From Schmidtea polychroa (taxonomy: Eukaryota): a stretch of 64,000 bases of DNA. The position numbers were made by a program, and so were the translations under genes. Shown one piece after another: positions 11,579 to 24,886 of the stretch (positions within the stretch are counted from its first letter, which is position 1; every line of letters starts with the position of its first letter). The notes under the pieces were generated by a model. That model was not told where the DNA came from and searched no databases. It saw only the letters and a list, made by a program, of their open reading frames with translations. The DNA lies in the NCBI GenBank assembly GCA_044892525.1, contig CM097886.1:21204001-21268000 (forward strand), read 5' to 3'.

Positions 11579-13285
11579 ATCTATAGTCATCATGAAAGTA
11601 AAGGAAATATGTAAAGATGACAGATTATTTAAGTAATACGGACAATTTAATCAGTAAATTATAATATAAAGATTTTTAATTTAAAAAATGAAGCACAATT
11701 TTCTGTCATTGTTTTTCTTTCTTGGACATAAACATGACAGGAGAAAGGAAAAATAAAATAATCTGACATTTTTTCACAAAAATCTTTTAAAATATGACAA
11801 GTGGTTAATGAATGTATAATTACATAATATTATTACATCATTCGACTTTAACCAAATCAAATAAATGGATTTTGATAGCTGACTAAAGATGAGGACAAAA
11901 TACCTTGAAATATATTTCGTTTTGGAAAAAATAGGTCTCCATTTTATTATATTGTTATTTTCTTCAATTTTAGTGACAAACAATTTTTTTTGATTTTTTA
12001 CTTTTTCCTTTCCTCATTTTTTGGTAGTCAGAACTAGGAAATTTATGAAGAATAAAATTCCTGCTCATATAAATCGTTCTACAATTACCTATCTCCTGGC
12101 AAGAGAGACTTCATCCTTATCAAAGACCAAAGACATACTTCTACTGACAAATTTTCTAACCTATTTCTTGCATATTTCTTACAATAGTATTAAAATAAAA
12201 GCCCAGATTTAAAACATTTACAACATTTAAAACATTATAATAATTTTTAGTAAAACCTTGTTTTTAATCAAAGAGTGAGCCACGATCATTCATTCACATC
12301 ATCTGCCACAGAAGCAACACCAATAATTGCATTCATTATCACGGTTTATGCACACTTTTATGTACACTTGAACAAATTATAGATGATATAGATTATATTA
12401 TTATATTTCTGCAAAGTTATAACAATTGTTGGCACGGCTCACTCCTTATATAATAACACGGCATCAGCTACAAAATAGAGTCGAATATGTTAGAGAAAAT
12501 ATTACTACATGGCTTGTGGGTATATTTTGCTGCGGCCTTATGCATAATGCTCTAAGAATCGGGAATCGAGAAAGTCTCAATCCCGAAATCCAGTTACTCA
12601 ATTTTTTTAAATATTCGAGACTTTTGGATTAATTTATTAAAAATAAAGATTTTTTTCATTTTATGGCCTGTTTGGCACATTGTCCCCCTGGAACAGATCC
12701 CCACAGACACAGACCCCGCTTGATGAGGAACATTTTTTAGCTTAATATTTTTAAGGTCACGGAATTTTTAAGTTTTACGGAACTTTAATGTTTTTCATGT
12801 ATTTTTTATGTTTTTCACGTCAAAATTAGTCAAATTTTAAGTAGGTCATGTCATTTTTAAAACATAGTTCCCATTGGCACAGTATATAAAATTATATAGA
12901 ATGTATGTGTGATCTAATGTATACGGTGTTAGCAGGACTATGTTTGTAATTGTTTAATATTTATTTATTATCCTTCCTTACATTACTTATTTACAATATG
13001 CTGCTACAAAAATTTACTATTCAAATAAAATTAATAATAAACTATAATAATTGAAACAATCTTGTGGCATTGCACTAAAGTGCTGATAAACCACGAGCAC
13101 AATTATTAGTTCTATGCTGATTGGTCAGTTGACAAATTTTAATTAATAATAAGCTCAATTGATTGTAAACTCAAAATTTGATAAGAATTGTTATTAGGTG
13201 GGCAAATTCCAATTTATATCAATTGAATTCATCATTTAGATTTTATATTAGCAAATATTATAACAATGATATTAAATTATTGATA

Positions 13286-13555
13286 TCAATTTACTTTCTC
13301 TTTTGGAATTTGATTCAGTTTTGTATGAATTGTAACAGGATTCTTGTCCTCATTTGCCGTATCTTGTCTACTGAGATGTACAGATAGACAAACCTGCAAT
13401 GTTATTCCACTTAATATCCAATTTAAATAAACTTTTTCTACTTTCAATTCACATTTTTTCTGATCTTCAATAAGTCGCTTTTCTTCTTCACTTTCACGTT
13501 CAACATAATATTTCAACAGTGATTCGATATCACCTTTTAATTTGCTCATTCTCTA
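13286..13555 (-). CDS. Exons of a gene of unknown function, family C (paralog at 63466-63775)
   Basis: LKGDIESLLKYYVERESEEEKRLIEDQKKCELK|VCLSVHLS...IHTKLNQ with a 48-nt in-frame GT-AG intron at the same position as in the paralog. Confidence 0.6.
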
Positions 13556-14259
13556 GACAGGCTGCAATCAATTACACAGAATTATCACAACCCATTAATT
13601 ATGTCAAAATTACGCCATAAAGTTTTGTTAAAAATATCCAGAAATTGTGAAAAAAATTCATAAGATTTTCAATTGAAATTTATATTGAGTGATATATTTA
13701 AACAAATTCAGTGCAAAATATGATAATTATAATCAAATTTATATTTGCTTTTTAAATTTGATTATATTTTTTTTCCTACTTCATTTTTCATTATCATAAA
13801 ATGAATAGTTTTAACAAAGAATAAAAATAATAAAATGAAATTACCAATAAAATAATTTAAGTAAAACATTCATCGCACAAGTTACGGGACCCCTCTAAAT
13901 CAGGCCAATCAGATCATGCTAAATCTTACATATCAGAACAGCCTAATACAGGCGTATTAGATCTTGTCAAGTCATGCCTATAGGATATGTTAATCTTATG
14001 CCTATCGGATCCCAACACCTACATATTGAAGCATATTCAAATTTGCCGTCATCACGGAATTCACAATCCTTTTCATCAAAAACTGCTTTATAACATGAAA
14101 CTCAAATTAAAGATTTTTGACCCATAACGTGCCTCCCATTACTACTGACACTTCGGAGAGACTGGTATTTCGCTTGTGTATTTAAATATATATATTTTAT
14201 AATTAATATAACTAAATTTATCCATTATAACCTATTTATTTATTTACAATTTTATCTAA

Positions 14260-15890
14260 ATAGAGTCACTCACGATTATTACGAACTAGGTTACTATAAG
14301 CTCTTGCTAATAGCGAACAAAAAAATCTTGGTTTGGTTCTAGCTATTTTTACATAGGATTTTCGTGCTTACTTACAGCGAACCAAAACTGGTTACAACGA
14401 ACACATTTTTTTATTTAAAAAAAATATTCTAAATAAAGATTTTTTTAATTTTCGATTTAAAAGTTCAAATTAAAATATCATTATTAATTGATATCAACTT
14501 TATTGTTAAACACAAAAAATATATTTTTTATTCAATCTCAATAATTTAATTCAAGGATTAACTTAAAATTTCAAAGAATTGTGCCATTTTATTATATTCT
14601 CAAATCAACTTCTTTGAACATGGGTACAAACAATAGAAAAATCTTCTCAATTCAAGAAAAGTAGAAATTATTCATGAATTGGAAAGCGGAGCGTTGTCCG
14701 TCAACTCGCCAGAAAAAATAAAATATTTAAAATAAAATTTTTATTTAAAATTCTAAAAAAAAGGTGTTGAATGTACGTATACCCTTGTGACCTTTACCCT
14801 TAGACGCTGTACCCCTAAGGGTACAAAACATCCTGTCGGATAGTCTACTACTATATAAGGTAAGACTATTGTATCTTTATAACATCCAATGTACATTCTT
14901 TCAAAGTAATTTCTAAATTCTGCGATTTCTGGTATGTTTTCATTAGAGCAATATTCAAGAATTAAAAAATAATACTGTTCTACTTTACTAAGGGGAACAA
15001 ATGTAAGCGCAATAAAAAGTCCTGGTTGCATCCTGGTTGTATAAAAACCCATCTAATACAAGTATTGACTTTCCTCTTTGGCTTTTGATAAATTGCATTA
15101 GGGTTAATTATAAAAACCAGATATTATAATTAAATTATTGATTTTATTTTAAAAATATTTAATTCATTGGCGAGTTTCCGTCAACTCGCCTACAGCCAGC
15201 CCCCATGTTCAATTATTCATGAATTGGAAAGCGGAGATAAAAATTCACAGGTTTGTAAAAAATACAATCTTTCAAAATCAACAGTTTCAATATTTTGGAG
15301 AAATAAAGACACAGAATATTATCAGCATTAGAAACTAACGCTCCCAATTGCAAAAAAATTAAAACTTGTGAAAAAAATGATGTTGATCGTGCATTAAATT
15401 TATGGTTTCAAGTGCAGATAGAAGGTGGATACCCAATTAATGACTCAATTTTAAAGATTCAGGCAGAAAATTTTGCCGAACAATTGGGCCATGAACATTT
15501 TACTTGCTGCAATATTGCAGCAAAACAGAAACAATATTGTTTATACAAAAATCAGCGGAGAACTTTGTCAGCGAATACAGATGCTGCAATCGAGTGGACA
15601 AAATCAGTTTAGTCAGAGTTAAAAAAGGGTTTTAAAAAAGAAAATATCTACAATGCAGATAAAACAGGATTGTTTTATAACTTAACACCTGAAATGACTT
15701 TCATATTAAGGAATGAGAAACGTGTTGGTGGAAAAAAATTAAAAATCGTCTAACTGTTTTGGGTTGTGCGAACTTGACTGAAACAGACAAAAAGCAGCTT
15801 CTTGTCATTTGGAAATCTCTAAAACCACGCTGCTTTAAAAATGTCAAAAAACTTTCTGTTGAATATACAGCAAAATACAACAATCCTCGT
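14260..15890 (+). mobile_element. pogo/Tigger element remnant with interrupted transposase
   Basis: TIR-like CACGATTATTACGAACTAGGTTAC at ~14267. HTH-psq KVEIIHELESGDKNSQVCKKYNLSKSTVS, CENP-B HTH (ALNLWFQVQIEGGYPINDSILKIQAENFAEQLG) and IYNADKTGLFY motif; frameshifted and 3'-truncated. Confidence 0.8.
14762..15110 (-). mobile_element. MULE transposase C-terminal fragment plus TIR-like end, inside a 519-bp insert (14692-15210)
   Basis: FIALTFVPLSKVEQYY...EFRNYFERMYIG resembles a MULE C-terminus. It is followed by an AAGGGTA-repeat terminal module ending ...CATTCAACACC at 14762. Confidence 0.6.
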
Positions 15891-16560
15891 CATCTAGTTG
15901 TAAGTACATGGTACCAGATTGTAGCTATCTGATTGTAAGTACTTAGTATCTAGTTATTGGTATTGTGTTAGTATTTGGTAATTAATTAATTGTGTTTTAA
16001 TCTTTGAATTATTACCAAAACCAAAAATTCTAAAAAGAATGATGAGCAACAAGCCGATATCTTTCAAGTAGTATTATTGAAGTTGGAAGAATTATTCCCT
16101 AATATGAAGAACAGACTTATTATTATGGTCCAAAACTGTTGGCTTATAGAATAAAGTAGTTGACAGGAATTAGGATCGAGGAAATTATTCGTATGCAATA
16201 CGAATCTGTACAAGAATCGAGATTGAAATGTCAAGACGATTGTGCGGTCTGTACAGATCCTGTAAAGTTAACTTGTCCTTTAGATGTAGATATTGTCAAG
16301 AAGAAAGAAATAGTACATATTTTTCTTGTCGAATTAAGAAGAGCTTATTTTAAGCAAATATGTGATGATGAATAAACTTTATTTTGTCCTTTCATTATTT
16401 TTTATGTGTTGTAAGTACTTAGTCGCTGGATGTAAATATCTCGTTGTAGGTATCTGGTTGTAATTACTTAGTACTTGGAAGTTGGTATCGTTGTAAGTAC
16501 ATGGTATCCGGTTGTAAGAACTTGGTAGCTGGTTGTTGGTACTTATCTGTTAGTAGCTAG
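15890..16560. repeat. GTAAGTACTTGGTATCTAGTTG-type low-complexity tract (continues at 18612-18640); relic related to the interior of the Polinton-like element
   Basis: Same C-poor motif vocabulary as 39480-40000 and 41170-42060; split by the MULE insertion. Confidence 0.6.
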
Positions 16561-16568
16561 TTTTTAGC

Positions 16569-18602
16569 GTAGCACGTCAATTGCGCGGGTCCAACTGCAC
16601 GGTAGGCAATTGCGCGGGTAGTCAATTGCGCGGGTAGTCAATTGCGCGGCCGTCAATTATTAAATGGGCTTAATTATTATTAAATCAATTAATTATTAGT
16701 AAATAAATTATTAAATGGGCTTACAGTTGCTATGAGGCCTCAATTTAGGCCGTCAGGCCTGCCTAGCCATCGAGCTGCTACTGTCAAGGCGGGTATATAA
16801 TGCGAGTGTTTTTTCGCAATTGACGAAATTGTAGTCATGTCTTTAGAGTTTGGTAAAAGCGAGAGGGGCAACAAAACTTTAATTTATAAGAATTTCGAAT
16901 ACGTTAAGGAATGCGAAAATGTGTGTGGTACTACCGCATGGCGTTGCAGGTTCAACAAGAAGTTCAAATGTAAGGCTCGAGTTGTAACCGATGACAGTAA
17001 AGTTGTTTGTGAGAAACAACCGGAACACACGCACAGTGGTAACGTCGCAACAGCAAAAGCACGAAAGGCGGTAGGAGAGATGAAAGAAATGATTGGCGCG
17101 TTGATGGCTACACCTAGTTCCTCACAGGCGTCCGTTTCGGCGGCACTAGATGATCACGTGCTGATGGCTTTGCCTAAACGATCGTTGCTGACTAGGACAT
17201 TGCAGCGAAAGCGTCAGAAGATTACGAAAGAAACCAACAACGGTCAAGAGCTACCGGCTATTCCAGGCGATCTTCGTTTTGATATACCTGACCGATTCAG
17301 GCATATAATTCTGTACGACTCAGGACCAGGTGATGATCGAATAATCCTGATGGGCTGTTTAGAGCTTCTAGATGGATTGGCTCGTGCTGATGTATGGATT
17401 GCCGACGGGACATTCAAAGTCGTCCCGAGCGTTTTTTTTCAACTGTACAGCTTCCATTTCAACTTCTCTTCCGGTATCAACCCTGCTGGTCTATACTGCC
17501 TCATGACGAATAAGACGGCTGAAACCTACGGACGCGTTTTCACCGAAATTCGCAACCTCGTTCCTTTGGCTTCTCCAACGACAATTTTGATAGACTTCGA
17601 GAAAGCGGTGATGAACACAATGAGTCTATCGTACCCGTACGCAAGAGTCACAGGTTGCTATTTTCACCTCTGTCAAAGTGTTATTCGTAAGGTCAACGAG
17701 ATAGGACTAAAGATTACCTACGAGAGTAACGATGAGGTCCGTGGGTACGTTCGATGTCTTTCTGCACTGGCGTTTGTTCCCCCCGATGATGTGGTGGAAG
17801 CTTTCGAGTTGTTGGTTGAAACAATGCCTGCCGATATCGATCATCTAGAAGAGCTCACGTCTTTCTTTAAGTTAACGTATGTCCGCGGACGTCGACGTCG
17901 AGGACGGGCCGAAGTGTATGCTGCAGCGATGTTCCCATTATCTATCTGGAATCAGCACGCCGGTGCATGCGAGGGAATTGCAATAACAACCAACTCAGTT
18001 GAAGGATGGCATCACGGCCTTCAGACACTGTTCCAGTGTAGCCATCCGACTGTCTGGACGTTCATGGCAGGATTAGAACGGGACATGAATCTACAAAAGT
18101 CAAAGTACTTGCAAGGGGCAACCGGTTTGGTGCAGCCGTCTCGTAAGACGTATCGTCAACTCAACGATCGCGTTGTAGCAGCTGTAGCAGCTTATGGTCG
18201 TACGGACATTCTGACATATTTACGTGCCATTTCACATCTGTCGCACTGTTAATTAACATTGATATTCATACTTACTAGTATTATTTAAATTGGACTTTTA
18301 TATTGATATTGATATTTGTTTGATTAATTTTGTGATAGTTTATTTAGGTAATATATAACTCACTTGATTTTGCAAAAGTGTGATTTTTGGTTATTTGTGA
18401 CGAAAAATAATGAAATAAATACCATATAATTATAAATAACAAAATTTGGAAACAAGGGAAAAATGTAATTAACCACCTCATCAGTTTACTATCCGCGTAG
18501 TTGGACCCGCGCAATTGACGCACCCGTAATTGACTACCCGCGCAATTGACGTCCGCGCAGTTGGACCCGCGCAATTGACGTCCGCGCAGATGACATGGTT
18601 TC
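16569..18602 (+). mobile_element. Apparently intact Mutator-like (FLYWCH-MULE) DNA transposon, 2034 bp, 9-bp TSD GTTTTTAGC
   Basis: TSD at 16560-16568 and 18603-18611. TIRs built from tandem GTCAATTGCGCGGG units, inverted at the two ends. One uninterrupted transposase ORF. Confidence 0.92.
16837..18252 (+). CDS. MULE transposase with N-terminal FLYWCH zinc finger (471 aa)
   Basis: F-x-Y...WRC...C...H-x-H FLYWCH motif; DGTFK, IDFE, GCYFHLCQS, TTNSVEGWH motifs; ATG to TAA intact. Confidence 0.95.
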   Translation: MSLEFGKSERGNKTLIYKNFEYVKECENVCGTTAWRCRFNKKFKCKARVVTDDSKVVCEKQPEHTHSGNVATAKARKAVGEMKEMIGALMATPSSSQASVSAALDDHVLMALPKRSLLTRTLQRKRQKITKETNNGQELPAIPGDLRFDIPDRFRHIILYDSGPGDDRIILMGCLELLDGLARADVWIADGTFKVVPSVFFQLYSFHFNFSSGINPAGLYCLMTNKTAETYGRVFTEIRNLVPLASPTTILIDFEKAVMNTMSLSYPYARVTGCYFHLCQSVIRKVNEIGLKITYESNDEVRGYVRCLSALAFVPPDDVVEAFELLVETMPADIDHLEELTSFFKLTYVRGRRRRGRAEVYAAAMFPLSIWNQHAGACEGIAITTNSVEGWHHGLQTLFQCSHPTVWTFMAGLERDMNLQKSKYLQGATGLVQPSRKTYRQLNDRVVAAVAAYGRTDILTYLRAISHLSHC

Positions 18603-18932
18603 GTTTTTAGCTAGTTGTTAGTAAACAATTCAAAGAAGGTGATCTCGAGTATCAAATTCAAGACTTACAAATTCAATATCTTAGTATCGTGATTGAATAT
18701 TTAGTTAAGTGGTTATTGTGAATAAAAATTAGAATTCTTAATTGTATGTCTTTCGTTGTAATTTGATATATTTAAATTATTTTACTTAATTTTCATTTCA
18801 ACGTGGTGTTGTATTATTTTAAAATGGTTGAGTTGACAGTTATTCTAATTTACCATTCATTCTTTGACGAAAGTTATCATTTTTGTTAAATTTAGACTTT
18901 ACATTTTACTAAATCAGAAAAAGTTTTCTTAA

Positions 18933-19148
18933 CCCTGCAGAGCGCGCGCTAAAAAAATAGTAAAAATAGTAAAGACTGTTGTCTAAAATTATAATGATTT
19001 AATAATGTATTAATGATTTTGGTCGAAATTAAAGTAAAGCTGAAATGAATCAGCTACAGAATGTTCTGAATTGATGCTACGCCACAAAAAATTTTTACGC
19101 AAAAAAAGATCGTCTAGGTCTGTGAGACCCAACGCGCCCTCTGGAGGG
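18933..19148. mobile_element. piggyBac-type MITE (216 bp)
   Basis: TTAA on both sides; TIRs CCCTGCAGAGCGCGCG / CGCGCCCTCTGGAGGG. Confidence 0.8.
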
Positions 19149-19180
19149 TTAACTATAAAAATTAATTTATATTAAAATCA

Positions 19181-20046
19181 ATGAATATTGTAGTAAAATC
19201 CACCTATTATTTTCGCAAAAATGGTATGAGCTATCGAACATTTCGGAATTTCTTAAATGAAATTGACGTAGAATATGAAGATATTATTTACTTTTCTGAA
19301 GTAAGATGGCTGAGTCGCGGGGAAGTTTTAAAAAGATTTTTCGAGTTGAGAGACGAGATTGAAATGTTTTTGACAGAAAAAGGAAATATTATACCAGAGT
19401 TATCTAATTTTAAATGGATAAGCGAGTTAGCGTTTCTTGTGGACATTACAACTTACCTCAATAAATTAAATTTAACGCTACAAGGCAAAAGAAAGTTAAT
19501 TAACGAGCTATTTACAGAAGTCAAAAGTTTCCAGCTTAAAATAAAATTGTTTATTGACAAATTGTTTATTATTCATTTTCCTACTTTGAAAACGTTTTTA
19601 AACATAAAAGACAAATAATGTCTTTCGAATATTTTTATTGAGTCACTAAAAGTACTGGAGGAGAATTTTCGTCGTCGGTTTCAAGATTTTTATGCAAAAG
19701 AAATGGACATATTAATATTTGAAAATCCTCTTAAATTCGATATTGTAAAAGAACCAGACAATTTACAACTAAACTTAATTAATTTGCAATCTAACAATAT
19801 ATATAAAAATAATTTTGATGAAAATAATTTAATTGCATTTTATTCAAATATACCAGATTCTTTTTTATTAAACGTATTTAGTTAATGTTCTATAATAATT
19901 TCTTTTTAATAAATTTAATTTTATAAAAATATTAATAATTATATATCAGGTTTTACAAACAAAATAGTAATTTTTTAGTAAAATGGTCCGTAAACTAAGC
20001 GTAAAAAAATTAGGGGTCCCTTGTTTAAAAAGTTTGAAAAGCCCTG
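19181..20046 (+). mobile_element. Buster-type hAT remnant (3' part)
   Basis: FSEVRWLSRGEVLKRFFELRDEIEMFL...LAFLVDIT motif; right TIR GTTTGAAAAGCCCTG ends at 20046. Confidence 0.8.
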
Positions 20047-20250
20047 TACCAGAAAACGATAATTAATGAAAACAAAAATTCGGGTAAAAATGAATCTAGC
20101 TGAGATTTATCAGTTGTAGATAATATTCAAGTGTAAAATTTGTGAAATTTTGGTTTTTTCGTGAATTTTTTTTAATCAAGGTTTCAAGTGCCTTATTATC
20201 AACAATATAATTTTGAGTTACTGAATGCCTCAACACTCAAGGTTACGATA

Positions 20251-20307
<57 letters not shown>
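20251..20307. repeat. (ATT)n microsatellite
   Basis: Perfect trinucleotide run. Confidence 0.98.
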
Positions 20308-20308
<1 letters not shown>

Positions 20309-20399
20309 TCTTTCCTGTTTCACTTTTCATTCTTTTTCCTGTTTTATAACATGATCAACTATTGGACCTCAAGTCCTTGTTCTCCTTTAACACTAAAAG

Positions 20400-21440
20400 A
20401 CACAATCTGTTGCAAAAATCTTTCGAAAGAACTCAGCTTTCATAAACTTAAAAAATTAAACATGCATATTCTAAAAACATCCAAAAACACCAATCATTTA
20501 GAAACAACTTGACCTTTTATAAACAAATCCGACCACATCTTCACCAAAGCACAAGAAAATCTTAGTAAAAGACCAGCTTTTAATCCACCACAAAACCAAA
20601 AAGATCTTAGCAAAGCTGAAATTATAACTAATGCTACTTTTGAAAGTCTAAGAAGAGAAATAGGACTACATCTAAAAACAAAATTAAAACCAAAATCTCA
20701 TCCAGAATCTTCTAACATTGCTGAAAAATGCGATCATCTTCTCAACCCGAATCGTAGAACATACGTCAACGTGCCGAACCTTCCAAATGACATCAACGAG
20801 AATATTAACAGTTTGGAAAATGACCATAAAAACATTATCAAGAAACAGACTAATCTCATGAAAAGGCATCTCTCGACACAAAAGTCTCTCACTCTAAATA
20901 TAAAAACACTTAAAAATCTTAATGATTTCACAATCCTGCCTTCAGATAAAACAAACAGACTTGTCGCGCTTAACACGGATCATTATAAATCACTCTTCAA
21001 CGAACATCTTGCCAACTATACTTCAATAAACAAAATGATCTTACCATCTTCCCATCAGATCGCATTTAATAAGAAACTTTCTGTCATTGCTAACAAACAA
21101 ACTAACCTCGAAATAAAAGATTTACTTGCAAAATGAAATTGTAGTAAACCTTTACCTTGTACCATGACCATGTTGCCCAAAGATCCTTTAAAAGGTAAAC
21201 CTCTTGTATCTGCTGTTAATAACTCTTTCAAAAATTCTTGCTGAAATCCTCAAAAATCTTCTAAATCTTATTCCCTGTCATCTTAAAAACAATTTTTTGG
21301 TGAAATTACAAACCTATCTCTTTCCACGTCATTAGAGCATCAATACTTTTGGGGATCTCTTGACATCTATAATCTTTATGGATCCATTCCTCTCACTGGA
21401 GAAAACATCCTCCTACAACATTTATAGCGACTCCCCATGG
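20400..21440 (+). pseudogene. Penelope-like retroelement reverse transcriptase remnant
   Basis: ILPSDKTNRLVALN (PADKG-like), KPLVS, and SLDIYNLYGSIP (SLDV-x-SLY-x-SIP-like) in order, with stops and frameshifts. Confidence 0.65.
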
Positions 21441-24400
21441 TTGCATAATGTCTATAGTAAATTCATGAATATTCGATTGATGATTTAAAGATATTTCAAA
21501 AAAATATTTCATTAATTATTTTAACTTTTCGATTTCACTTGAGAACAATTTCAACTACTATAGATACATGTGCTCGTCTAACTACTTTGCAGGTTTTTTT
21601 CACTGTTCGAGTTTCCAGTACGCATATTTCAAAGCTATATTCGGTCACGGTTGGCGTCAGATTAAATTGTGTTAGTCGTACCCCGCTATACGAAACTAAC
21701 ATAACCTTGATCCATATAATTACAAATATTCATTCTGTTTTGATAGTATGTCTTCATTATAATCTATATATAAGCTATAGTATACACAGCATAAAATGTG
21801 CAGTATCAATATGAATGCCCAACGGCTACTCAATGAATGTCACAATCAATGAATTGACCAATCAAATCAATGCAAATATTCATTTGTAACATTAATCAAT
21901 AAAATATCACTAAATTTATTAAAAAATAGTATCGATTAAAAATTTTTCTTTAAAAATAGAATAATTTAAAAATTATCAGCTTTTAGAAAAATATTTAAAA
22001 ATCTCTAATAGCTATCGAATAAAATATCTCGAAATATCTGAGCACAATCATTGAAAAGTGGAATAGCGTTCGTCTGTCTTCATTGAATATTTTGTACACT
22101 GGGGCCGATGCTCTATTACTTGTTAATCCAGACTATCAATTCCCATAATGAATTTTTCCTGAGATAAAAATAAAACCATTAAAAAAGAAATATAAAATAT
22201 TGAGATTGTAAATTGTCACAAGGACAACATTTTGAATTTCAAAATAATAAAGTGTATCAGTGTTCCACAATTTGTCGTCATACCAGTAGCAAGTAGCATT
22301 CTGTGACTACTCCTTACTGTTTAACGGCAATTGTGGCGTTGAATATTTGTTATATGCAATATTGCGTTTGTTACTTTTATATCTTAATCTGACTTTTATA
22401 TCTCCACTGGCTTCTATAGGTATCTACTAAAAGAACTAAAAGAGAAATTCTTTCAAGCATTAAAAATATGGAATGTCCTAAATAAGTGATAATGTTCATT
22501 ATCTACAAAATAGTCAACACAAATTTAGGGACATTTTTTTGGAAATACTACTTTTCAAATAACAGCACAAAGTTCACAATTATTAGCATCATAGTGAAAA
22601 TTAATACTTTATGAGAATAGAAAGGAAATCTTTTCAATTTCAGACATAATTGTAAACATTCTATAGTTTATACAAAATTCCTGGATTATGAAGTTTTACT
22701 TTATATTTCAAATACATCTAAAGATTCCAAACTAATAAAGTACAAAGATTTTCCTCGGGCCCAAAAAAACTAAATGTTATTTGTAATTATTTAGGCTATT
22801 GAAATAGTCTAAGTACAGTTGAGGTTTAATAGGACATAAATAGAAGAAATGAGTGTTTGTGAAATGTAAAAGAATTGAAGGAAAAATAGATGAAAGATCT
22901 AAAGTGATACCATTTTGAATATGTTGATTAACAGACCGATGGCTAATATCATAGGAAAGTTCAGATATTTTTATGACGGGGACATTTGGATAGTAGGTTA
23001 ATAGGATGTTGAAGAATACCGAAGGAAATATTAATTTGAAAAGTAAGTCTGAATATAGAAATAAATATAAGTTTCCAGATCTTCGTGGAACAGACCAGCA
23101 AGCATAAAATTAGAATGTAAATAGATCTAAATTTACAAAGGATTGTAAAGTTCCTAAGTAAGAGTCTATATTATTTTGGCTATATTATTGAAAGTGGATA
23201 AATTGTATTTAGTAGGTAATCAGATCATGGGTCATCTGAAAAGATTTTAGAAATATCTTGAACTCACTGCTCATTTAAAAGGTCATTCCAGGTTGACGAA
23301 AAAGTTTATGATGCTGTTATGACTTTTGGAATCGTCAAATTGTCCGTGACAAAACTTAAAAAGTCCAATAAAATTAAAAACAATTAATAAATGCAGAAAA
23401 ATTCAATTAGTTTTTAAAAATCCAACGATTGTCTTTTTTTAATGTTTTCAGATTATAAACAAATATTTTTATTTATCTAACGAATTTAAGCAGACTTTTT
23501 CAAATATTTTTTCAAAATAAAAATACAGGAAACTGAAAATAAACAAAGGAACAATGAAAGATTTTAATTCCTTTCTTACAATTTAATGTCAAAATTCTTA
23601 TCGTAAAAGGCAATAAAATAGAAATAGCAATAAAACACATTCAACAACAAGAAATAAAAGTATTGAAAACATCAAAAAAGAAAATAATTTGCAGAACTAA
23701 TTCAATAATCAATATTGCATTGTTCTGTATTACACATTTCATGCACCAACAAGCTGCTTCGCTCTTATCATCAATACTGAATCAATTATCGGCACATTTG
23801 GCACGTCATGGAGCACTGAATCATTTTTATTTATATTCCCTGGTGACATCAACATTTTATGTGTATCGCAATAAGATTATTCGACGGAACAAAATATTAT
23901 TTTGATTATTTTAATAACTTAGCCTGGCTAATGGTACAACTTGCCGTACGCAACACATGCAATCTATACACTATTTTCAAATATAATCTGTGTAAGCAGT
24001 AATAAATATACACTGTTCGATTAATGTACACATGCTTATTAATAGTAAGTTATGGGAAATTGAGTTTATAAGTTTTAATATTTATTTAATTATTTAATAA
24101 ATTTAAAAATAAAAAAATAAAGCAATGATTTTGCGATTAAAATCTTAAATAATTTAAAATGTGAAATTTCCAAAATTTCTTATAAAATCATGACAATGAT
24201 CTGTCGGCAGTTATAACACATTTTTCTTTGTTTGCAGACCCTGCCAACACGCAAAAAAATTTTAATCAAATGCAATGAGGTGTATATTCGGTTTTTTTTT
24301 AAAAGAGAAAACTTTCAGTAATTTTTTATTTTATATACAATTTTTTTTATTTTAAATTTTAAATCAAATTAAAAGAAATGAAAAGCAAAAAATGAATATA

Positions 24401-24518
24401 AATAAAATACAGATAAAGCAGATAAACATTAAAACAGAAAAATTCATCAGGTAAGATATAAAAACTATAGAAATTATAGATTTTTGAATAATTTTTACTG
24501 AATTTTCAAATAGTTCTT

Positions 24519-24524
<6 letters not shown>

Positions 24525-24588
<64 letters not shown>
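24525..24588. repeat. (TA)n microsatellite flanking the outer hAT
   Basis: Perfect TA run; another TA run follows 45328. Confidence 0.98.
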
Positions 24589-24591
<3 letters not shown>

Positions 24592-24886
24592 GCGTACGCA
24601 GGATGAATCCATAGGGGGGGGCGGGTTCAGAAAACATATTTTGTATATGTATTTTTATTTTTTCATGTAATAGCTAACACTATTTACCAAATTATATTCA
24701 AATTATATTTCACTTTATTTCAATATAAAAACAATTACCTATAGGTATATTTTTCTCTCAACTTTTTTATGGAAAATTGTAATGAAAACTAAATAACATT
24801 TTATTAAGAAATATGAATAATAGTTATACATTATAAGAAAAATTAATATAAAAGTTTTATTAGAAAAAAAGTAATATACTATATAC

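Noticed and set aside
18620-18720. IEYLVKW resembles a chromodomain motif
   Set aside because: Only 7 residues match and the rest of the chromodomain pattern is missing.
22900-23350. Possible degenerate LTR-retrotransposon RT sequence
   Set aside because: No intact diagnostic motif could be read in any frame.
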